This document shows, piece after piece, positions 49,135 to 60,039 of a stretch of 64,000 nt of DNA. The position numbers were made by a program, and so were the translations under genes. Origin of the DNA: Pseudomonadota bacterium (GTDB lineage Bacteria; Pseudomonadota; Alphaproteobacteria; Sphingomonadales; CAKZYD01); NCBI GenBank assembly GCA_049324415.1, contig JBMOOS010000042.1:93920-157919 (forward strand). The letters run 5' to 3'. Numbering within the stretch: position 1 is the stretch's first letter; the number at the start of each line of letters is the position of its first letter. The notes under the pieces are model-generated. The model did not search any database and was not told the DNA's origin. It worked only from the letters and a program-made list of their open reading frames with translations.

Positions 49135-50160
49135 CTAGGCCGCCTTCTTCAAGTGCCGGCGGCCCAGGAGCTCGGCGATCTGCACCGCGTTCAAGGCCGC
49201 GCCTTTGCGCAAATTGTCAGAGACCACCCATAGGGCAAGGCCATGCTTCACGGTGGGGTCGACGCGGATGCGTGAAATATAGGTGGCATAGTCGCCAACG
49301 CATTCGACCGGCGTCACATAGCCGCCATCCTCGCGCTTGTCGACGACCAGGCAGCCGGGCGCCTCACGCAATATCTCGCGCGCCTCCTCGGGGCTGATGG
49401 GGCGCTTGAACTCGACGCACAAGGCCTCGCTGTGGCCAACGAACACCGGCACCCGCACGCAGGTCGCCACCAGCGCGATGGCGGGGTCGAGAATTTTCGC
49501 CGTCTCGACCTGCATTTTCCATTCCTCCTTGGTCGCGCCGTCGGCCATGAAGACGTCGATATGGGGAATGACGTTGAAGGCGATCTGCTTGGTGAACTTG
49601 GCCTTCTCCAGGGGATCGTTGACGAAGATCGCCCGGGTCTGGGTGAAAAGCTCGTCCATCGCCGCGTTGCCGGCGCCCGAGACCGACTGGTAGGTCGCCA
49701 CCACCACCCGCTTGATGATGGCCCGGTCATGAAGCGGTTTGAGCGCCACCACCATCTGCGCGGTGGAGCAGTTGGGATTGGCGATGATATGCTTTTTCTT
49801 GTAATCGTCGATCGCGTCCGGGTTCACTTCCGGCACGATCAGGGGCACGTCCTTGTCCATGCGGAAATGGGAGGAGTTGTCGATCACCACGCAGCCCGCG
49901 GCGGCGGCCTTGGGGGCGTAGTCCCTGGCGACCCCGGAGCCCGCGGCGAACAGGGCGATGTCCCAGCCGGCAAAGTCGAAATGCTCGAGGCTCTGCGCTT
50001 TCAACACCCGCTCCTCGCCATAATGGACCTGCGTGCCGATGGAGCGGGAAGACGCAACCACCGCCACCTCGTCCGCCGGAAACTGGCGCTCGGCGAGGAT
50101 GTTGAGCATTTCGCGGCCCACCTGGCCAGTGGCGCCGACCACCACCACACGATATCCCAT
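49135..50160 (-). CDS. asd: aspartate-semialdehyde dehydrogenase
   Basis: VVVGATGQVGREM and NPNCSTAQM (active-site Cys). Start at ATG 50160. Confidence 0.95.
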   Translation of the reverse strand: MGYRVVVVGATGQVGREMLNILAERQFPADEVAVVASSRSIGTQVHYGEERVLKAQSLEHFDFAGWDIALFAAGSGVARDYAPKAAAAGCVVIDNSSHFRMDKDVPLIVPEVNPDAIDDYKKKHIIANPNCSTAQMVVALKPLHDRAIIKRVVVATYQSVSGAGNAAMDELFTQTRAIFVNDPLEKAKFTKQIAFNVIPHIDVFMADGATKEEWKMQVETAKILDPAIALVATCVRVPVFVGHSEALCVEFKRPISPEEAREILREAPGCLVVDKREDGGYVTPVECVGDYATYISRIRVDPTVKHGLALWVVSDNLRKGAALNAVQIAELLGRRHLKKAA

Positions 50161-50240
50161 GACCGTCTCCAAGGCTGGCGCCGCCCCGCATGATGCAGCG
50201 CAAAAAAGCGCGGTCTTATGGACGCGGCGTAAGGGTTTTG

Positions 50241-51371
50241 TCAACCGCGCAGCCAGGACGCCGCCATCTTGTCGATCTGGCTGATGATGGCGTCGGCCAT
50301 CACGCTGGTCGAGACCCGGGCCTTGCCGGGCTGCATGATGTCCTGGGTGCGCATGCCGCCGTTGAGCGTCGTTTCGATGGCGAGATGGATCGCCCGCGCC
50401 GCTTCCCTAAGGCCCAGGCTGTGCTCCATCGCCATGGCGACGCTCAAAATCGCCGCGATCGGATTGGCAAGGCCGCGCCCGGCGATGTCGGGAGCCGAGC
50501 CATGGACCGGCTCGTAAAGCGCCGCTGGCCGCCCGCTCTCGCCCGGTGCGCCGAGCGAGGCCGAGGGCAGCATGCCGATGGAGCCGGTCAGCATGGCGGC
50601 TTCGTCGGAAAGGATGTCGCCGAACAGATTGTCGGTAAGGATGACGTCGAAATGCTTGGGGTCGCGGATGAGCTGCATGGCGCAGTTGTCGGCGTACATA
50701 TGCTCCAGCGTCACATCGGCATAGTCGGCGGCGTGAAGCTCGCTCACCACCTCGCGCCACAAGGCGCCGGCCTCCATGACATTGGCCTTGTCGACCGATG
50801 TGACCCGGCCCTGGCGCTGGCGCGCCATGTCGAAGGCGACGCGGGCGACGCGGATAATCTCGGCCGTCGTATAGCTGTGGGTGTTAAAGCCGCGCCTTTG
50901 CCCATCGCTCAAGGTCTCGATGCCGCGCGGGGTGCCAAAGTAAACCCCGCCGGTGAGCTCGCGGACGATGACAAGGTCAAGCCCGGCGACGACGTCGCGT
51001 TTGAGGCTCGAACCCTCGGCCAGCGCGTCGAAGCAATAGGCCGGCCGCAGATTGGCGTAAACGCCAAGGGCCTGGCGCAGCTTCAAAAGGCCGCGCTCGG
51101 GGCGCAAGGCGTAGTCGCATTTTTCCCATTTCGGCCCGCCGACGGCGCCCAGGAAGACGGCGTCGGCCTCTTTCGCCGCGGCGATCGTCTCCTCGCTGAT
51201 GGGCGCGCCATGAGCGTCGAGGGCGGCGCCGCCGACAAGGTCGAGGGAAATATCGACCCTCAGGTTGAAAGCATAGGCGATGCAGTGGAGAATGCGTTCC
51301 GCCTGGGCCATCACCTCCGGCCCGATACCGTCGCCAGGCAGGATCAGGAACTTAAAAGCTTGGGTGGACAC
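50241..51371 (-). CDS. leuB: 3-isopropylmalate dehydrogenase
   Basis: [10 protein letters not shown] and [25 protein letters not shown]. Confidence 0.95.
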   Translation of the reverse strand: MSTQAFKFLILPGDGIGPEVMAQAERILHCIAYAFNLRVDISLDLVGGAALDAHGAPISEETIAAAKEADAVFLGAVGGPKWEKCDYALRPERGLLKLRQALGVYANLRPAYCFDALAEGSSLKRDVVAGLDLVIVRELTGGVYFGTPRGIETLSDGQRRGFNTHSYTTAEIIRVARVAFDMARQRQGRVTSVDKANVMEAGALWREVVSELHAADYADVTLEHMYADNCAMQLIRDPKHFDVILTDNLFGDILSDEAAMLTGSIGMLPSASLGAPGESGRPAALYEPVHGSAPDIAGRGLANPIAAILSVAMAMEHSLGLREAARAIHLAIETTLNGGMRTQDIMQPGKARVSTSVMADAIISQIDKMAASWLRG

Positions 51372-51418
51372 GACTGTCCCTTCCTATGTTACGCAACACA
51401 ACAGCGGCACAACAACAC

Positions 51419-52018
51419 TTACAGCCACGGCAGCCGTGCCTTGCGCCGGGCCTCAAAGGCCGCGATCTTGGCAGCGGATTGCAAGGTGATGCCAATCTCG
51501 TCCAGGCCGTTCAGCAGACAGTAACGCTTGAAGGGATCATAGTCGAATCCAATGACTTGATGATTGGGGCGGCTGATGGTTTGCGCCGCCAAGTCGATGG
51601 TGATCGCCCTTCCCGCGGCGGCATCCGCCAGCAAAAGGGCGACCTTGTCCCGGTCAAGGGTGATGGTGAGAAGGCCGTTCTTGAAGGCGTTGGAGGCGAA
51701 AATATCGGCAAAGGAGGGGGCGATGACGGCCTTGAGCCCGATGTCGGTGAGCGCCCAGGCGGCATGCTCGCGGCTCGACCCGCAGCCGAAATTCTCGCCC
51801 GTGATGAGGATCTTGGCGCCCTTGTAGGTGGGATCGTTGAAGACGCAGGCTTCATCGCGGCTGCCGTCCGGCCTGTAGCGCAAGGCGGCAAAAGCGCCCT
51901 TGCCAAGGCCTTCGCGGCTGGTGGTCTTCAAATAGGCCGCCGGGATGATGAGGTCGGTATCGACATTGGCGCGGTCGAAGGGAATGGCGGTGGCGGTAAG
52001 GCGCGTGAACTTTTCCAT
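51419..52018 (-). CDS. leuD: 3-isopropylmalate dehydratase small subunit
   Basis: MEKFTRLTATAIPFDRANVDTDLIIP...GENFGCGSSREHA. Start at ATG 52018 inside the longer track ORF. Confidence 0.93.
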   Translation of the reverse strand: MEKFTRLTATAIPFDRANVDTDLIIPAAYLKTTSREGLGKGAFAALRYRPDGSRDEACVFNDPTYKGAKILITGENFGCGSSREHAAWALTDIGLKAVIAPSFADIFASNAFKNGLLTITLDRDKVALLLADAAAGRAITIDLAAQTISRPNHQVIGFDYDPFKRYCLLNGLDEIGITLQSAAKIAAFEARRKARLPWL

Positions 52019-52026
52019 GGCCGCCC

Positions 52027-53442
52027 CTAGCGCATCAATTGCCGAACGTCGGTGAGCCGGCCGGTCACCGCCGCTGCCGCCGCCATCGCCGGGGATAACA
52101 GATGGGTGCGCGCGCCGGGCCCCTGGCGGCCGACGAAATTGCGGTTGGAGGTGGAGGCGCAGCGCTCCCCGGGACCTACCTTGTCGGGGTTCATGCCAAG
52201 GCACATCGAGCAGCCGGGCTCGCGCCAGGAAAAGCCGGCCTCGGTAAAGACCCGGTCCAGCCCTTCTTCTTCCGCCTGATGCTTGACAAGACCGGAACCG
52301 GGCACCACCAGCGCCTCGATGATGTTGGAGGCAAGGCGGCGGCCCTCCACCACCGCGGCGGCGGCGCGCAAGTCCTCGATGCGGGCGTTGGTGCACGAGC
52401 CGATGAAGACGCGGTCGATGGCGATATCGGCCATCGCGGTGCCGGGAACAAGGCCCATATAGATAAGCGCCTTTTGCGCCGCCGCTTGTCTTGCCGGGTT
52501 GGTAAAGGCGGCGGGGTCGGGGACGCGGCCGGTGATGGCAACCACGTCCTCGGGGCTGGTGCCCCAGGTGACCATCGGCGCAACAGTGCTGGCATCGATG
52601 TGGATTTCCCGGTCGAAAATGGCCGCCTCGTCGCTTTTGAGGCCACGCCAATAGGCAAGGGCGGCCTCCCATTGTCCCGCCTTGGGTGCGCGCGGCCGGC
52701 CTTCAAGATAGGCAAAAGTGGTCTCGTCAGGGGCCACCATGCCGGCCCGCGCGCCGGCCTCGATCGCCATGTTGCACAGGGTCATGCGCCCTTCCATGCT
52801 GAGCGCGGCGACCGCCGGCCCGCGATATTCGATGACATGGCCGGCGCCGCCCGCCGCGCCCAAGGCGTTGATGACGGCAAGCGTCAAATCCTTGGCGGTG
52901 ACGCCAAAGCCCAGCGCCCCCTCTATGGTGACCGCCAGGGTCTTGGATTTTTTAAGAAGCAGGGTCTGGGTCGCCAGCACATGCTCCACCTCCGAAGTGC
53001 CGATGCCGAAGGCAAGCGCTCCGAAGGCGCCATGGGTGGCGGTGTGGGAATCGCCGCAGACAATGGTCATCCCCGGCTGTGTCAGGCCCTGCTCGGGGCC
53101 GATGACATGGACGATGCCCTGGCGGATGTCGGTCATCGCGATATGCTCGATGCCGAATTCGGCGCAGTTTTTCTCGAGCAGCGTGACTTGCGCCGCCGAC
53201 TGTGCATCGGCGATCGGGACGCTGCGGTCGGTGGTCGGCACATTATGGTCGGGCACCGCCAGCGTCGCTTGGGGCTGGCGCACCCGCCGCCCGGCGGCGC
53301 GCAGGCCGGCAAAGGCCTGCGGCGTCGTCACCTCATGAATTAAGTGCCGGTCGATATAAACAAGGCAAGTGCCGTCAGGCCGGGCATCGACCACATGATC
53401 GTCCCAGATTTTTTCATAAAGGGTTCTGGGCCGGTTCGCCAT
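52027..53442 (-). CDS. leuC: 3-isopropylmalate dehydratase large subunit
   Basis: [28 protein letters not shown] and NRNFVGRQG. Confidence 0.95.
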   Translation of the reverse strand: MANRPRTLYEKIWDDHVVDARPDGTCLVYIDRHLIHEVTTPQAFAGLRAAGRRVRQPQATLAVPDHNVPTTDRSVPIADAQSAAQVTLLEKNCAEFGIEHIAMTDIRQGIVHVIGPEQGLTQPGMTIVCGDSHTATHGAFGALAFGIGTSEVEHVLATQTLLLKKSKTLAVTIEGALGFGVTAKDLTLAVINALGAAGGAGHVIEYRGPAVAALSMEGRMTLCNMAIEAGARAGMVAPDETTFAYLEGRPRAPKAGQWEAALAYWRGLKSDEAAIFDREIHIDASTVAPMVTWGTSPEDVVAITGRVPDPAAFTNPARQAAAQKALIYMGLVPGTAMADIAIDRVFIGSCTNARIEDLRAAAAVVEGRRLASNIIEALVVPGSGLVKHQAEEEGLDRVFTEAGFSWREPGCSMCLGMNPDKVGPGERCASTSNRNFVGRQGPGARTHLLSPAMAAAAAVTGRLTDVRQLMR

Positions 53443-53461
53443 GTTCTACGCGCCGCGCCGC

Positions 53462-53866
53462 TCAGTCCTCGGCCTTTTCCGCCATGCCCTCCCCGCGTGG
53501 GGCGCGGAAGTCCTGCTTTTCCGCAATGCGCGCCGCCTTGCCTTTCAGGCCACGCAGATAATAGAGCTTGGCGCGGCGCACCTTGCCGCGGCGGACAAGG
53601 GTGATCGAATCGATGATCGGGGCATAAAGCGGGAACACCCGTTCCACCCCCTCGCCGAACGAGATCTTGCGCACGGTGAAAGCGGAGTTGAGGCCGCGAT
53701 TGCTGCGGGCGATGCACAGGCCTTCGAAATTCTGCACCCGCTCGCGGGTGCCTTCCACCACCTTGACGCCGACCCGCACGGTATCGCCCGGGCGGAAATC
53801 GGGAATGTCCTTGCCTTGCGCCAGCTTGGCGATCTGTTCTTTTTCCAGCGTGTCGATGATATCCAT
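53462..53866 (-). CDS. rplS: 50S ribosomal protein L19
   Basis: [11 protein letters not shown]...[30 protein letters not shown] lies 9 nt upstream of ATG 53866. The alternative ATG 53875 overlaps the trmD stop. Confidence 0.9.
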   Translation of the reverse strand: MDIIDTLEKEQIAKLAQGKDIPDFRPGDTVRVGVKVVEGTRERVQNFEGLCIARSNRGLNSAFTVRKISFGEGVERVFPLYAPIIDSITLVRRGKVRRAKLYYLRGLKGKAARIAEKQDFRAPRGEGMAEKAED

Positions 53867-53871
53867 CGCCG

Positions 53872-54597
53872 TCATCCTTTCTTGTCCGTGCCCGGAAGAG
53901 GGCGACCGGCCAGATAGCGCTGCCACAGGTCCGGCCGCCGTTCGCGGGTCTTTTGTTCCGCCTGGGCCAAGCGCCAGGCCTTGATCTTGCCATGGTCCCC
54001 CGAGGTCAGCACCTCGGGGACGGTCCGCCCCTCCCAGCATTGCGGACGGGTATAATGCGGGTATTCCAAGAGCCCGCGGGCAAAGCTTTCTTCCTCCAGC
54101 GTCGCCGCCTCTCCCACCACCCCGGGGAGGAGGCGAACGATCGCGTCCAAAACCACCATCGCCGCCGGCTCGCCGCCCGACAGCACATAATCGCCGATCG
54201 AGACCTCCTCGATCGGCCGGGCGAGAAGCAGGCGCTCATCGATCCCTTCGAAGCGCCCGGCGATCAACGTTATCCCCGGCCCCTTGGCCAGCCGTTCAGC
54301 CATGGCCTGGGTGAAGAGCGCACCGCGCGGGCTTAAATAAACCAGTGGCGCCGCCGGCTGGCGCGCCAAGGCTTCATCCACCCCCCGCGCCAAAACATCG
54401 CAGCGCAGCACCATTCCCGGCCCGCCGCCCGCTGGCGTGTCGTCGACGGCGCGGTGTTTATCATATGCGAAATCGCGAATGTCCAGCGATTCCAGCGTCC
54501 AAATCCCCTCTTTCAGCGCCTTGCCGGCGAGGGAAAAGCCCAGCGGCCCGGGAAACATCGCGGGGAAAAGGCTGAGAATTTGCGCGTGCCAGGCCAT
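53872..54597 (-). CDS. trmD: tRNA (guanine37-N1)-methyltransferase
   Basis: [10 protein letters not shown]..., [10 protein letters not shown] and [11 protein letters not shown] motifs. Conserved operon position. Confidence 0.93.
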   Translation of the reverse strand: MAWHAQILSLFPAMFPGPLGFSLAGKALKEGIWTLESLDIRDFAYDKHRAVDDTPAGGGPGMVLRCDVLARGVDEALARQPAAPLVYLSPRGALFTQAMAERLAKGPGITLIAGRFEGIDERLLLARPIEEVSIGDYVLSGGEPAAMVVLDAIVRLLPGVVGEAATLEEESFARGLLEYPHYTRPQCWEGRTVPEVLTSGDHGKIKAWRLAQAEQKTRERRPDLWQRYLAGRPLPGTDKKG

Positions 54598-54611
54598 GGT
54601 TCACCAAGGAC

Positions 54612-55142
54612 TTAGGCGATGAACGCCGGGTCAACGGTCACTTTACGCGCCTTTTCATCGACCACCGGCACCGCTTGCCGGGTAAAGGGCACGAGAGCGG
54701 TGCCGCCCGCGCTCAAGGCGATTTCCAGAAGGTCGCCGCCGCCGTAATTCGCCACCCCATCCACCATACCCAAGGGCGCGCCAGTGGAATCGGCGACCGC
54801 CATGCCGATGAGGTCGGCATGAAAGATGCCTTCCCGCGCTTGTCCCAGCGCCGCGCGCGGCACGAAAAGCCGGACGCCCTTGTGCGTCTCGGCCGCGCTG
54901 CGGTCGGCAACGCCATCAAGCCGGGCAATGAGGCCGCGCTTGTGCGGCCGGGCGGCGACAATCCGCAGCGGCGCGCCGCCGGCGCCAAGCGCCAAGCCTT
55001 GAAGGCCGGCCAGGGTTTCCGGCCTTTGGGTGAAGCTTTCGATCATGACCTCGCCCTTGATGCCATGGGCGCCGGCGATGCGCCCGACGCAAACCCAGCC
55101 GGGCACCCCGTCCTCATCGCGCGAGCCGCGTCCGGCTGTCAT
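54612..55142 (-). CDS. rimM: ribosome maturation factor RimM
   Basis: VGRIAGAHGIKGEV, a PRC-barrel C-terminus, and position between rpsP and trmD. Confidence 0.88.
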   Translation of the reverse strand: MTAGRGSRDEDGVPGWVCVGRIAGAHGIKGEVMIESFTQRPETLAGLQGLALGAGGAPLRIVAARPHKRGLIARLDGVADRSAAETHKGVRLFVPRAALGQAREGIFHADLIGMAVADSTGAPLGMVDGVANYGGGDLLEIALSAGGTALVPFTRQAVPVVDEKARKVTVDPAFIA

Positions 55143-55144
55143 CG

Positions 55145-55522
55145 TCAGCCTTCAGCCGCATCGCCCGCGGCGGCTTCGGCGGCTTGCGCTTCCTTGGCGC
55201 GCAAGGCCTCGGCGCGTTCCTGCGCCTTCTTTTTCGGCTTCGCCTTGTCGGGATTGGCGCGCGCCGAACGCTGCATCAGGCCGGCGGCATCGAGAAAGCG
55301 CGCCACCCGGTCGGTCGGCTGGGCGCCTTGCGCCAGCCAGTAGCGCGCCCGCTCGGCGTCGAGCACGACGCGGCCTTCATGCTCCTTGGGGAGCAGCGGG
55401 TTATAGGTCCCCAGCTTCTCGATGAAGCGGCCGTCGCGGGCGGCGCGGCTGTTGGCGACGACGATGCGGTAGAAGGGCCGCTTCTTGGCGCCGCCGCGGG
55501 ACAATCTGATTGCTATGGCCAT
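55145..55522 (-). CDS. rpsP: 30S ribosomal protein S16
   Basis: [42 protein letters not shown], with a Lys/Ala-rich C-terminal tail. Confidence 0.93.
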   Translation of the reverse strand: MAIAIRLSRGGAKKRPFYRIVVANSRAARDGRFIEKLGTYNPLLPKEHEGRVVLDAERARYWLAQGAQPTDRVARFLDAAGLMQRSARANPDKAKPKKKAQERAEALRAKEAQAAEAAAGDAAEG

Positions 55523-55580
55523 GGTTGCATATCCTTTCCTGTGAAGTGCTGGTTGGTCAGTGCTGGTCTTCCGCCACGCC

Positions 55581-56945
55581 TCAGCGGCGCGGGATGAGGT
55601 TTTCCATGCCGGGGGGCAACATGCCGGGGGCGATGCCACGCTTGCCCATTTTCTTCATGCGCTTCATCATGCCGCCCATTTGCTGGTGCATTTTCAAAAG
55701 CTTGTTGACATCAGCAACGCTGGTGCCGGAGCCGGCGGCGATGCGCCGCTTGCGGCTGGCGGCGATGATTTTGGGGTTGGCCCGCTCATGGGGCGTCATC
55801 GAGCCGATGATCGCTTCCTGGCGCTTCAAGATGGCGTCGTCGAGCTTGGCGTCCTTGAGCTGGCTTTTCAGCTTGCCAACGCCCGGCAGCATGGCAAGAA
55901 CGCCTTGCATGCCGCCCAATTTGCGCATTTGCTGCAACTGGCTTTTAAGGTCGTTCAAATCGAAGGCGCCGCGGGCAAGCTTGCGGGCAAGCTTTTCCGC
56001 GTCTTCCTGCGCGATGGTCTCGGCCGCCTTTTCGACCAGCGACACCACATCGCCCATGCCCAGGATGAGGCCGGCCACCCGCTCGGGGTGAAAGGGCTCG
56101 ATGGCGTCGAGCTTTTCGCCCACCCCGATCAGCTTGATGGGCTTCTTGGTCACCGCCCGCAAGGACAAGGCGGCGCCGCCCCGCCCGTCGCCGTCCATGC
56201 GGGTGAGGACCGCGCCGGTGATGCCCACCTTCTCGTCAAAGTCGCGCGCCACATTGACCGCGTCCTGGCCGGTGAGGGCGTCGGCGACGAGGAGGGTCTC
56301 CAAGGGCTCGGCGGCGCGCTTGACGGCGCCGAGCTCGGCCATCAGCGAAGCGTCCACATGCAGCCGGCCTGCGGTATCGAGGAGGACGACATCAAAGCCT
56401 TGCAGGCGCGCGGCGTTGACCGCCCGCCTGGCGATGTCCACCGGCATCTGGCCGGCGATGATGGGCAAGGTCGGCACCTTGGCCTCGCCGCCCAGAATCT
56501 TCAGCTGCTCCTGGGCGGCCGGCCGGGCGACGTCGAGCGAGGCCATGAGCACCCGCTTTTTGTCCTTGTCCTTGAGCTGCTTGGCGATCTTGGCGGTGGT
56601 CGTCGTCTTGCCCGAGCCTTGCAGGCCGACCATCATGATGACCACCGGCGGGGTGCCCGCAAGGTCGAGGGCGGCGGTTTCAGCCCCCAAGGTGGCGACC
56701 AGCTCGTCATGGACGATTTTCACCACCTGCTGGCCCGGGGTGACCGAGCGCAGGACGTCGCGCCCCACCGCCTTGGCCTTCACCCGCGCGATGAAGTCCT
56801 TGACCACGGGAAGCGCGACGTCGGCCTCAAGAAGGGCGACGCGCACCTCGCGCAGCGCCTCGCCGACGTCCGACTCGCTGAGCGCGCCGCGCCCGCGCAA
56901 GCGGTCGAAGACCTGACCCAGCCTTTCGCTCAAACTGTCGAACAT
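55581..56945 (-). CDS. ffh: signal recognition particle protein Ffh
   Basis: [35 protein letters not shown] and a Met-rich M domain. Confidence 0.95.
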   Translation of the reverse strand: MFDSLSERLGQVFDRLRGRGALSESDVGEALREVRVALLEADVALPVVKDFIARVKAKAVGRDVLRSVTPGQQVVKIVHDELVATLGAETAALDLAGTPPVVIMMVGLQGSGKTTTTAKIAKQLKDKDKKRVLMASLDVARPAAQEQLKILGGEAKVPTLPIIAGQMPVDIARRAVNAARLQGFDVVLLDTAGRLHVDASLMAELGAVKRAAEPLETLLVADALTGQDAVNVARDFDEKVGITGAVLTRMDGDGRGGAALSLRAVTKKPIKLIGVGEKLDAIEPFHPERVAGLILGMGDVVSLVEKAAETIAQEDAEKLARKLARGAFDLNDLKSQLQQMRKLGGMQGVLAMLPGVGKLKSQLKDAKLDDAILKRQEAIIGSMTPHERANPKIIAASRKRRIAAGSGTSVADVNKLLKMHQQMGGMMKRMKKMGKRGIAPGMLPPGMENLIPRR

Positions 56946-57287
56946 CGCCTTGCCTTAACCCTTCATCGCCTTGTCACGCATAAAACACCAACGGCACCGG
57001 CGGGCGAATCCTCGCTGGCCGGTGGGCATCCTCGGACGCGTCAGTCTTGCTTCTGGCACTAAACAGCCGAGCACATAGACCGAAAGGTTTGCCGAAGTCA
57101 AGAAAAGCGGGTTTTTCCGCGCCCGCCCCATGACGCCGCATGGCCGTCAACTGTCGTTATGCAAATTTTAAGTATTTTCCCTGAAAAGTTGTGTCGCTCG
57201 TTCACGAGCAGGCGATAGGGAATAGTTCGGTCTTGGCGTCTTGGGACCCTCTTTGGACGCGCGGACCATTGAGTGGAGTATACACGG

Positions 57288-57827
57288 ATGAGGTTGTCTC
57301 GCGTTGCGTTTCTCGTTGCCTCGACATGGGCGACGATCCTTGGCGGTCCCGCCACGGTTCAAGCGGAAACGACAGAAAAAGACATTCAAGTGGCGGCGCG
57401 CGCCGTCGCTTTCATGGAAAATGCGCCGTCCGGGGATACGCCGGCGGCGATCATTTACGACCCGGCCAATGGCGCCACCAAGGCGGAGGCCGAAGCCATT
57501 CAGAAAGCGATGGGCGCAGGCCTTAAGGCAGGCAACGCCAATTTGCAGCCCAAGCTGGTCGCGGTCGGCTCCCTTGGCGACCTTGCTGGCGCCAGGGTCG
57601 CTTTCGTGACCGGCGGGCTTGGCGCGCAGCATGGGGCGATTTTCGCCGCCGCGGCGCCGAAATCCATTCTCACCGTCTCGACGGACATGAGCTGTGTCGA
57701 CGCCGGCAAATGCGTGGTCGGGGTGATGACCCAGCCCAAGGTCGAGATCATCGTCAGCAAGGCCGCGCGCGATGCCTCCAGCATCAGCTTCGCCGCCGCC
57801 TTCCTGATGATGGTCAAAGAGAAATAA
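57288..57827 (+). CDS. YfiR-like (DUF4154) periplasmic protein
   Basis: Signal peptide MRLSRVAFLVASTWATILGGPATVQA. Size (~180 aa) and pattern (...VAFVTGG...ILTVS...G..VGV...KVEIIVSKAARDAS.ISFAAAFL) are as I recall for DUF4154. GGAG lies 9 nt before ATG 57288. Confidence 0.55.
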   Translation: MRLSRVAFLVASTWATILGGPATVQAETTEKDIQVAARAVAFMENAPSGDTPAAIIYDPANGATKAEAEAIQKAMGAGLKAGNANLQPKLVAVGSLGDLAGARVAFVTGGLGAQHGAIFAAAAPKSILTVSTDMSCVDAGKCVVGVMTQPKVEIIVSKAARDASSISFAAAFLMMVKEK

Positions 57828-57863
57828 GCGCTGCCGCGCTCAGTCAGACGAAAGAGAAATCCC

Positions 57864-59942
57864 ATGTACGCGTACAAAGCACTTCTCAGCCTCACCGCCG
57901 CCACCGGCGTCTTTGTCTTGGCCCAAGCGGCCAATGCGCAAACCATCGACTATGGCTCGCTCGAAATGCTGTTCGACGAGCCGGTGACCACCAGCGCCAC
58001 CGGCAAGCCGCAGCGCGCCGGCGACGCGCCGGTGACGATGGAAATCATCACCGCAGAGCAGATCCGCCGCTCCGGCGCCAGCGACATTCCGGAAGTCCTG
58101 CGCTTCGTCATCGGCATGTCGGTGCAGCGCTCGACCCTGGGCGGGGTCGATGTTGGCATGCGCGGCTATAACGGCGCCTTCAACGAGCGCATCCTGGTGC
58201 TGGTCAACGGCCGGCAGGCCTATCTCGATCATTTCGGCTATATCGAATGGGCATCGCTGCCGGTGGCGCTTGAGGAAATTCGCCAGATCGAGGTGGTGAA
58301 AGGCCCCAACACCGCGCTTTATGGCTTCAACGCCACCAGCGGGGTGATCAACATCATCACCTATAACCCGCTTTATGACACCAATGTGCAAGTGACGGCG
58401 CGGGGCGGCAATCTCGACTATCTGGAAGCGTCGGCGAACTTCACCAAGAAAATCTCCAACCGCCTGGGCGTGCGCGTCTCGGCCGGCGGCTGGCGCTCGA
58501 CCGATTTCACCACCCACCTCCACCACTTTCAGGAAAACGCCCTGCGCGACGACGCCAAGCGCAATTTCGTCGCCGGCGAGGTGATCGGCCAGGTGACCGA
58601 CAATATCCAGGCGGGCTTTGAGGCGACCTATAGCGAGGTCGACCAGGGCGAGCTGTTTTTCGACTACACATTTTCCTACAGCACCTATGAATCGAAGTCC
58701 TTCAAGGCCTTCGTCGCCGCCGAGACCAAGGCGGGGCTGACGGAAGTGAAAGCCTATCGCAATTCGACCGACCTGGTGAACACCTCGACCCTTGCCGGGG
58801 AAAGCCAGTTCATCACCATCCCGGTCGACACCAGGGTCTCGGTGGCCAGCATCAGCCATCTTTTCAAGGTGGGCGCTGATCACGCCTTCCGCGGCTCGGT
58901 CGAATACCGCAATAACGTCAACCCCACCTTCCCGGCCAATATCGGCGAGCTGCATTTCAAAAGCTGGTCGTTCAGCGGCATGTGGGACTGGGCCGTCAAC
59001 GACAAGCTCAGCTTCATCGCCGCCGGCCGCTACGACACGCTGGGCATGACCCGCACCGGCGATTTTCTCACCGGCCTGGTCTTCGACAACGACGACTTTG
59101 CCCGCCAGATCAAGGAATGGAGCCTCAATACCGGCCTTGTCTATAAGCCAACGGAGGAAGACACCATTCGCCTCACCATGGGCAAGGGGGTCGACCTCCC
59201 CTCGGCGACCGAATTCGGCCTCATGAAGCAGGTGGCGCAAACCGTGTTCCAGATCGGCAATCCGCTGCTCAAGACCTCGCGGGTATGGAATTTCGAGCTG
59301 GGCTATGACCATAGCATCGAGGCGATCGATGGTCAGTTCCGCAGCGCCCTTTTCTATTACAAGGCGAGCAATCTCCAGAATATCCAGCAGAACGAGCAAG
59401 AGGATCTGCCCGGCGGCATCGACGTCTTCGTGGCGGAAAACTCCCTCAACACCCGGGCCCTTGGTTTCGAGACCGGGCTTAAAGGCAAGGCGGGCGAGAA
59501 TATCGACTGGTTCGTCAACTATCTCTTCGTCGATGTGAAAGATACTTCCGGTGAAGACGATGGTGGCGCGGAAGCCCTTGGCCGGCTGGAAGCGGTGGAT
59601 TTCCAGAACAACGCCCCCAAGCACACCCTCAATTTCGGGCTTGGCTATAAAAAGGATAAGTTCAGCGTCGATCTTTACAACTCGCTCACCTCCTCGCGGC
59701 GGCAATTGCGCGGCAACCGCCGGCTGGTGATCGACGATGGCGGCGATGAGATCGAGATCATCGAGCTCATCTTCGTTCCCATCAGCACCCAATTGAAGGT
59801 CAACGGCCGCGCCGCCTATCAGGTGACCGACAACCTCACCGTGGCGATGGAAGGCCAGGGCCTCACGCAAAAAGACTTCCGCGAGACTTCGCTCGCCAAG
59901 ATCGAGCGGCGCTGGACCATATCCTTGAACTACCGGTTCTAG
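57864..59942 (+). CDS. TonB-dependent outer-membrane receptor
   Basis: Signal peptide, plug-domain motifs (IEVVKGPNTALYGFNATSGVINIIT), a long beta-barrel and the terminal ...SLNYRF. Confidence 0.88.
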   Translation: MYAYKALLSLTAATGVFVLAQAANAQTIDYGSLEMLFDEPVTTSATGKPQRAGDAPVTMEIITAEQIRRSGASDIPEVLRFVIGMSVQRSTLGGVDVGMRGYNGAFNERILVLVNGRQAYLDHFGYIEWASLPVALEEIRQIEVVKGPNTALYGFNATSGVINIITYNPLYDTNVQVTARGGNLDYLEASANFTKKISNRLGVRVSAGGWRSTDFTTHLHHFQENALRDDAKRNFVAGEVIGQVTDNIQAGFEATYSEVDQGELFFDYTFSYSTYESKSFKAFVAAETKAGLTEVKAYRNSTDLVNTSTLAGESQFITIPVDTRVSVASISHLFKVGADHAFRGSVEYRNNVNPTFPANIGELHFKSWSFSGMWDWAVNDKLSFIAAGRYDTLGMTRTGDFLTGLVFDNDDFARQIKEWSLNTGLVYKPTEEDTIRLTMGKGVDLPSATEFGLMKQVAQTVFQIGNPLLKTSRVWNFELGYDHSIEAIDGQFRSALFYYKASNLQNIQQNEQEDLPGGIDVFVAENSLNTRALGFETGLKGKAGENIDWFVNYLFVDVKDTSGEDDGGAEALGRLEAVDFQNNAPKHTLNFGLGYKKDKFSVDLYNSLTSSRRQLRGNRRLVIDDGGDEIEIIELIFVPISTQLKVNGRAAYQVTDNLTVAMEGQGLTQKDFRETSLAKIERRWTISLNYRF

Positions 59943-60039
59943 AACCCATGGGTGAGGTCACGAGATGGACCATGCGAAGCAAAAACAGCGGGAGAGGGGG
60001 CATCCTCCTCTCCCTCACCTAAGCCAAAGGATGTCACCG

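Noticed and set aside
57100-57287. Possible riboswitch or leader (e.g. cobalamin) upstream of the YfiR-like/TonB-receptor operon. Also a weak minus-strand hairpin plus T-run at ~57107..57127.
   Set aside because: I could not find a B12 box or any other riboswitch core I know. The hairpin has only a 5-bp stem with a 10-nt loop.
59990-60014. 8-bp GC hairpin (GGGAGAGG n9 CCTCTCCC) between the TonB receptor and the MCP, considered as a terminator separating the two genes.
   Set aside because: No U-tract follows, so it is not a canonical intrinsic terminator. It is left as an unexplained hairpin and does not argue strongly for or against co-transcription.
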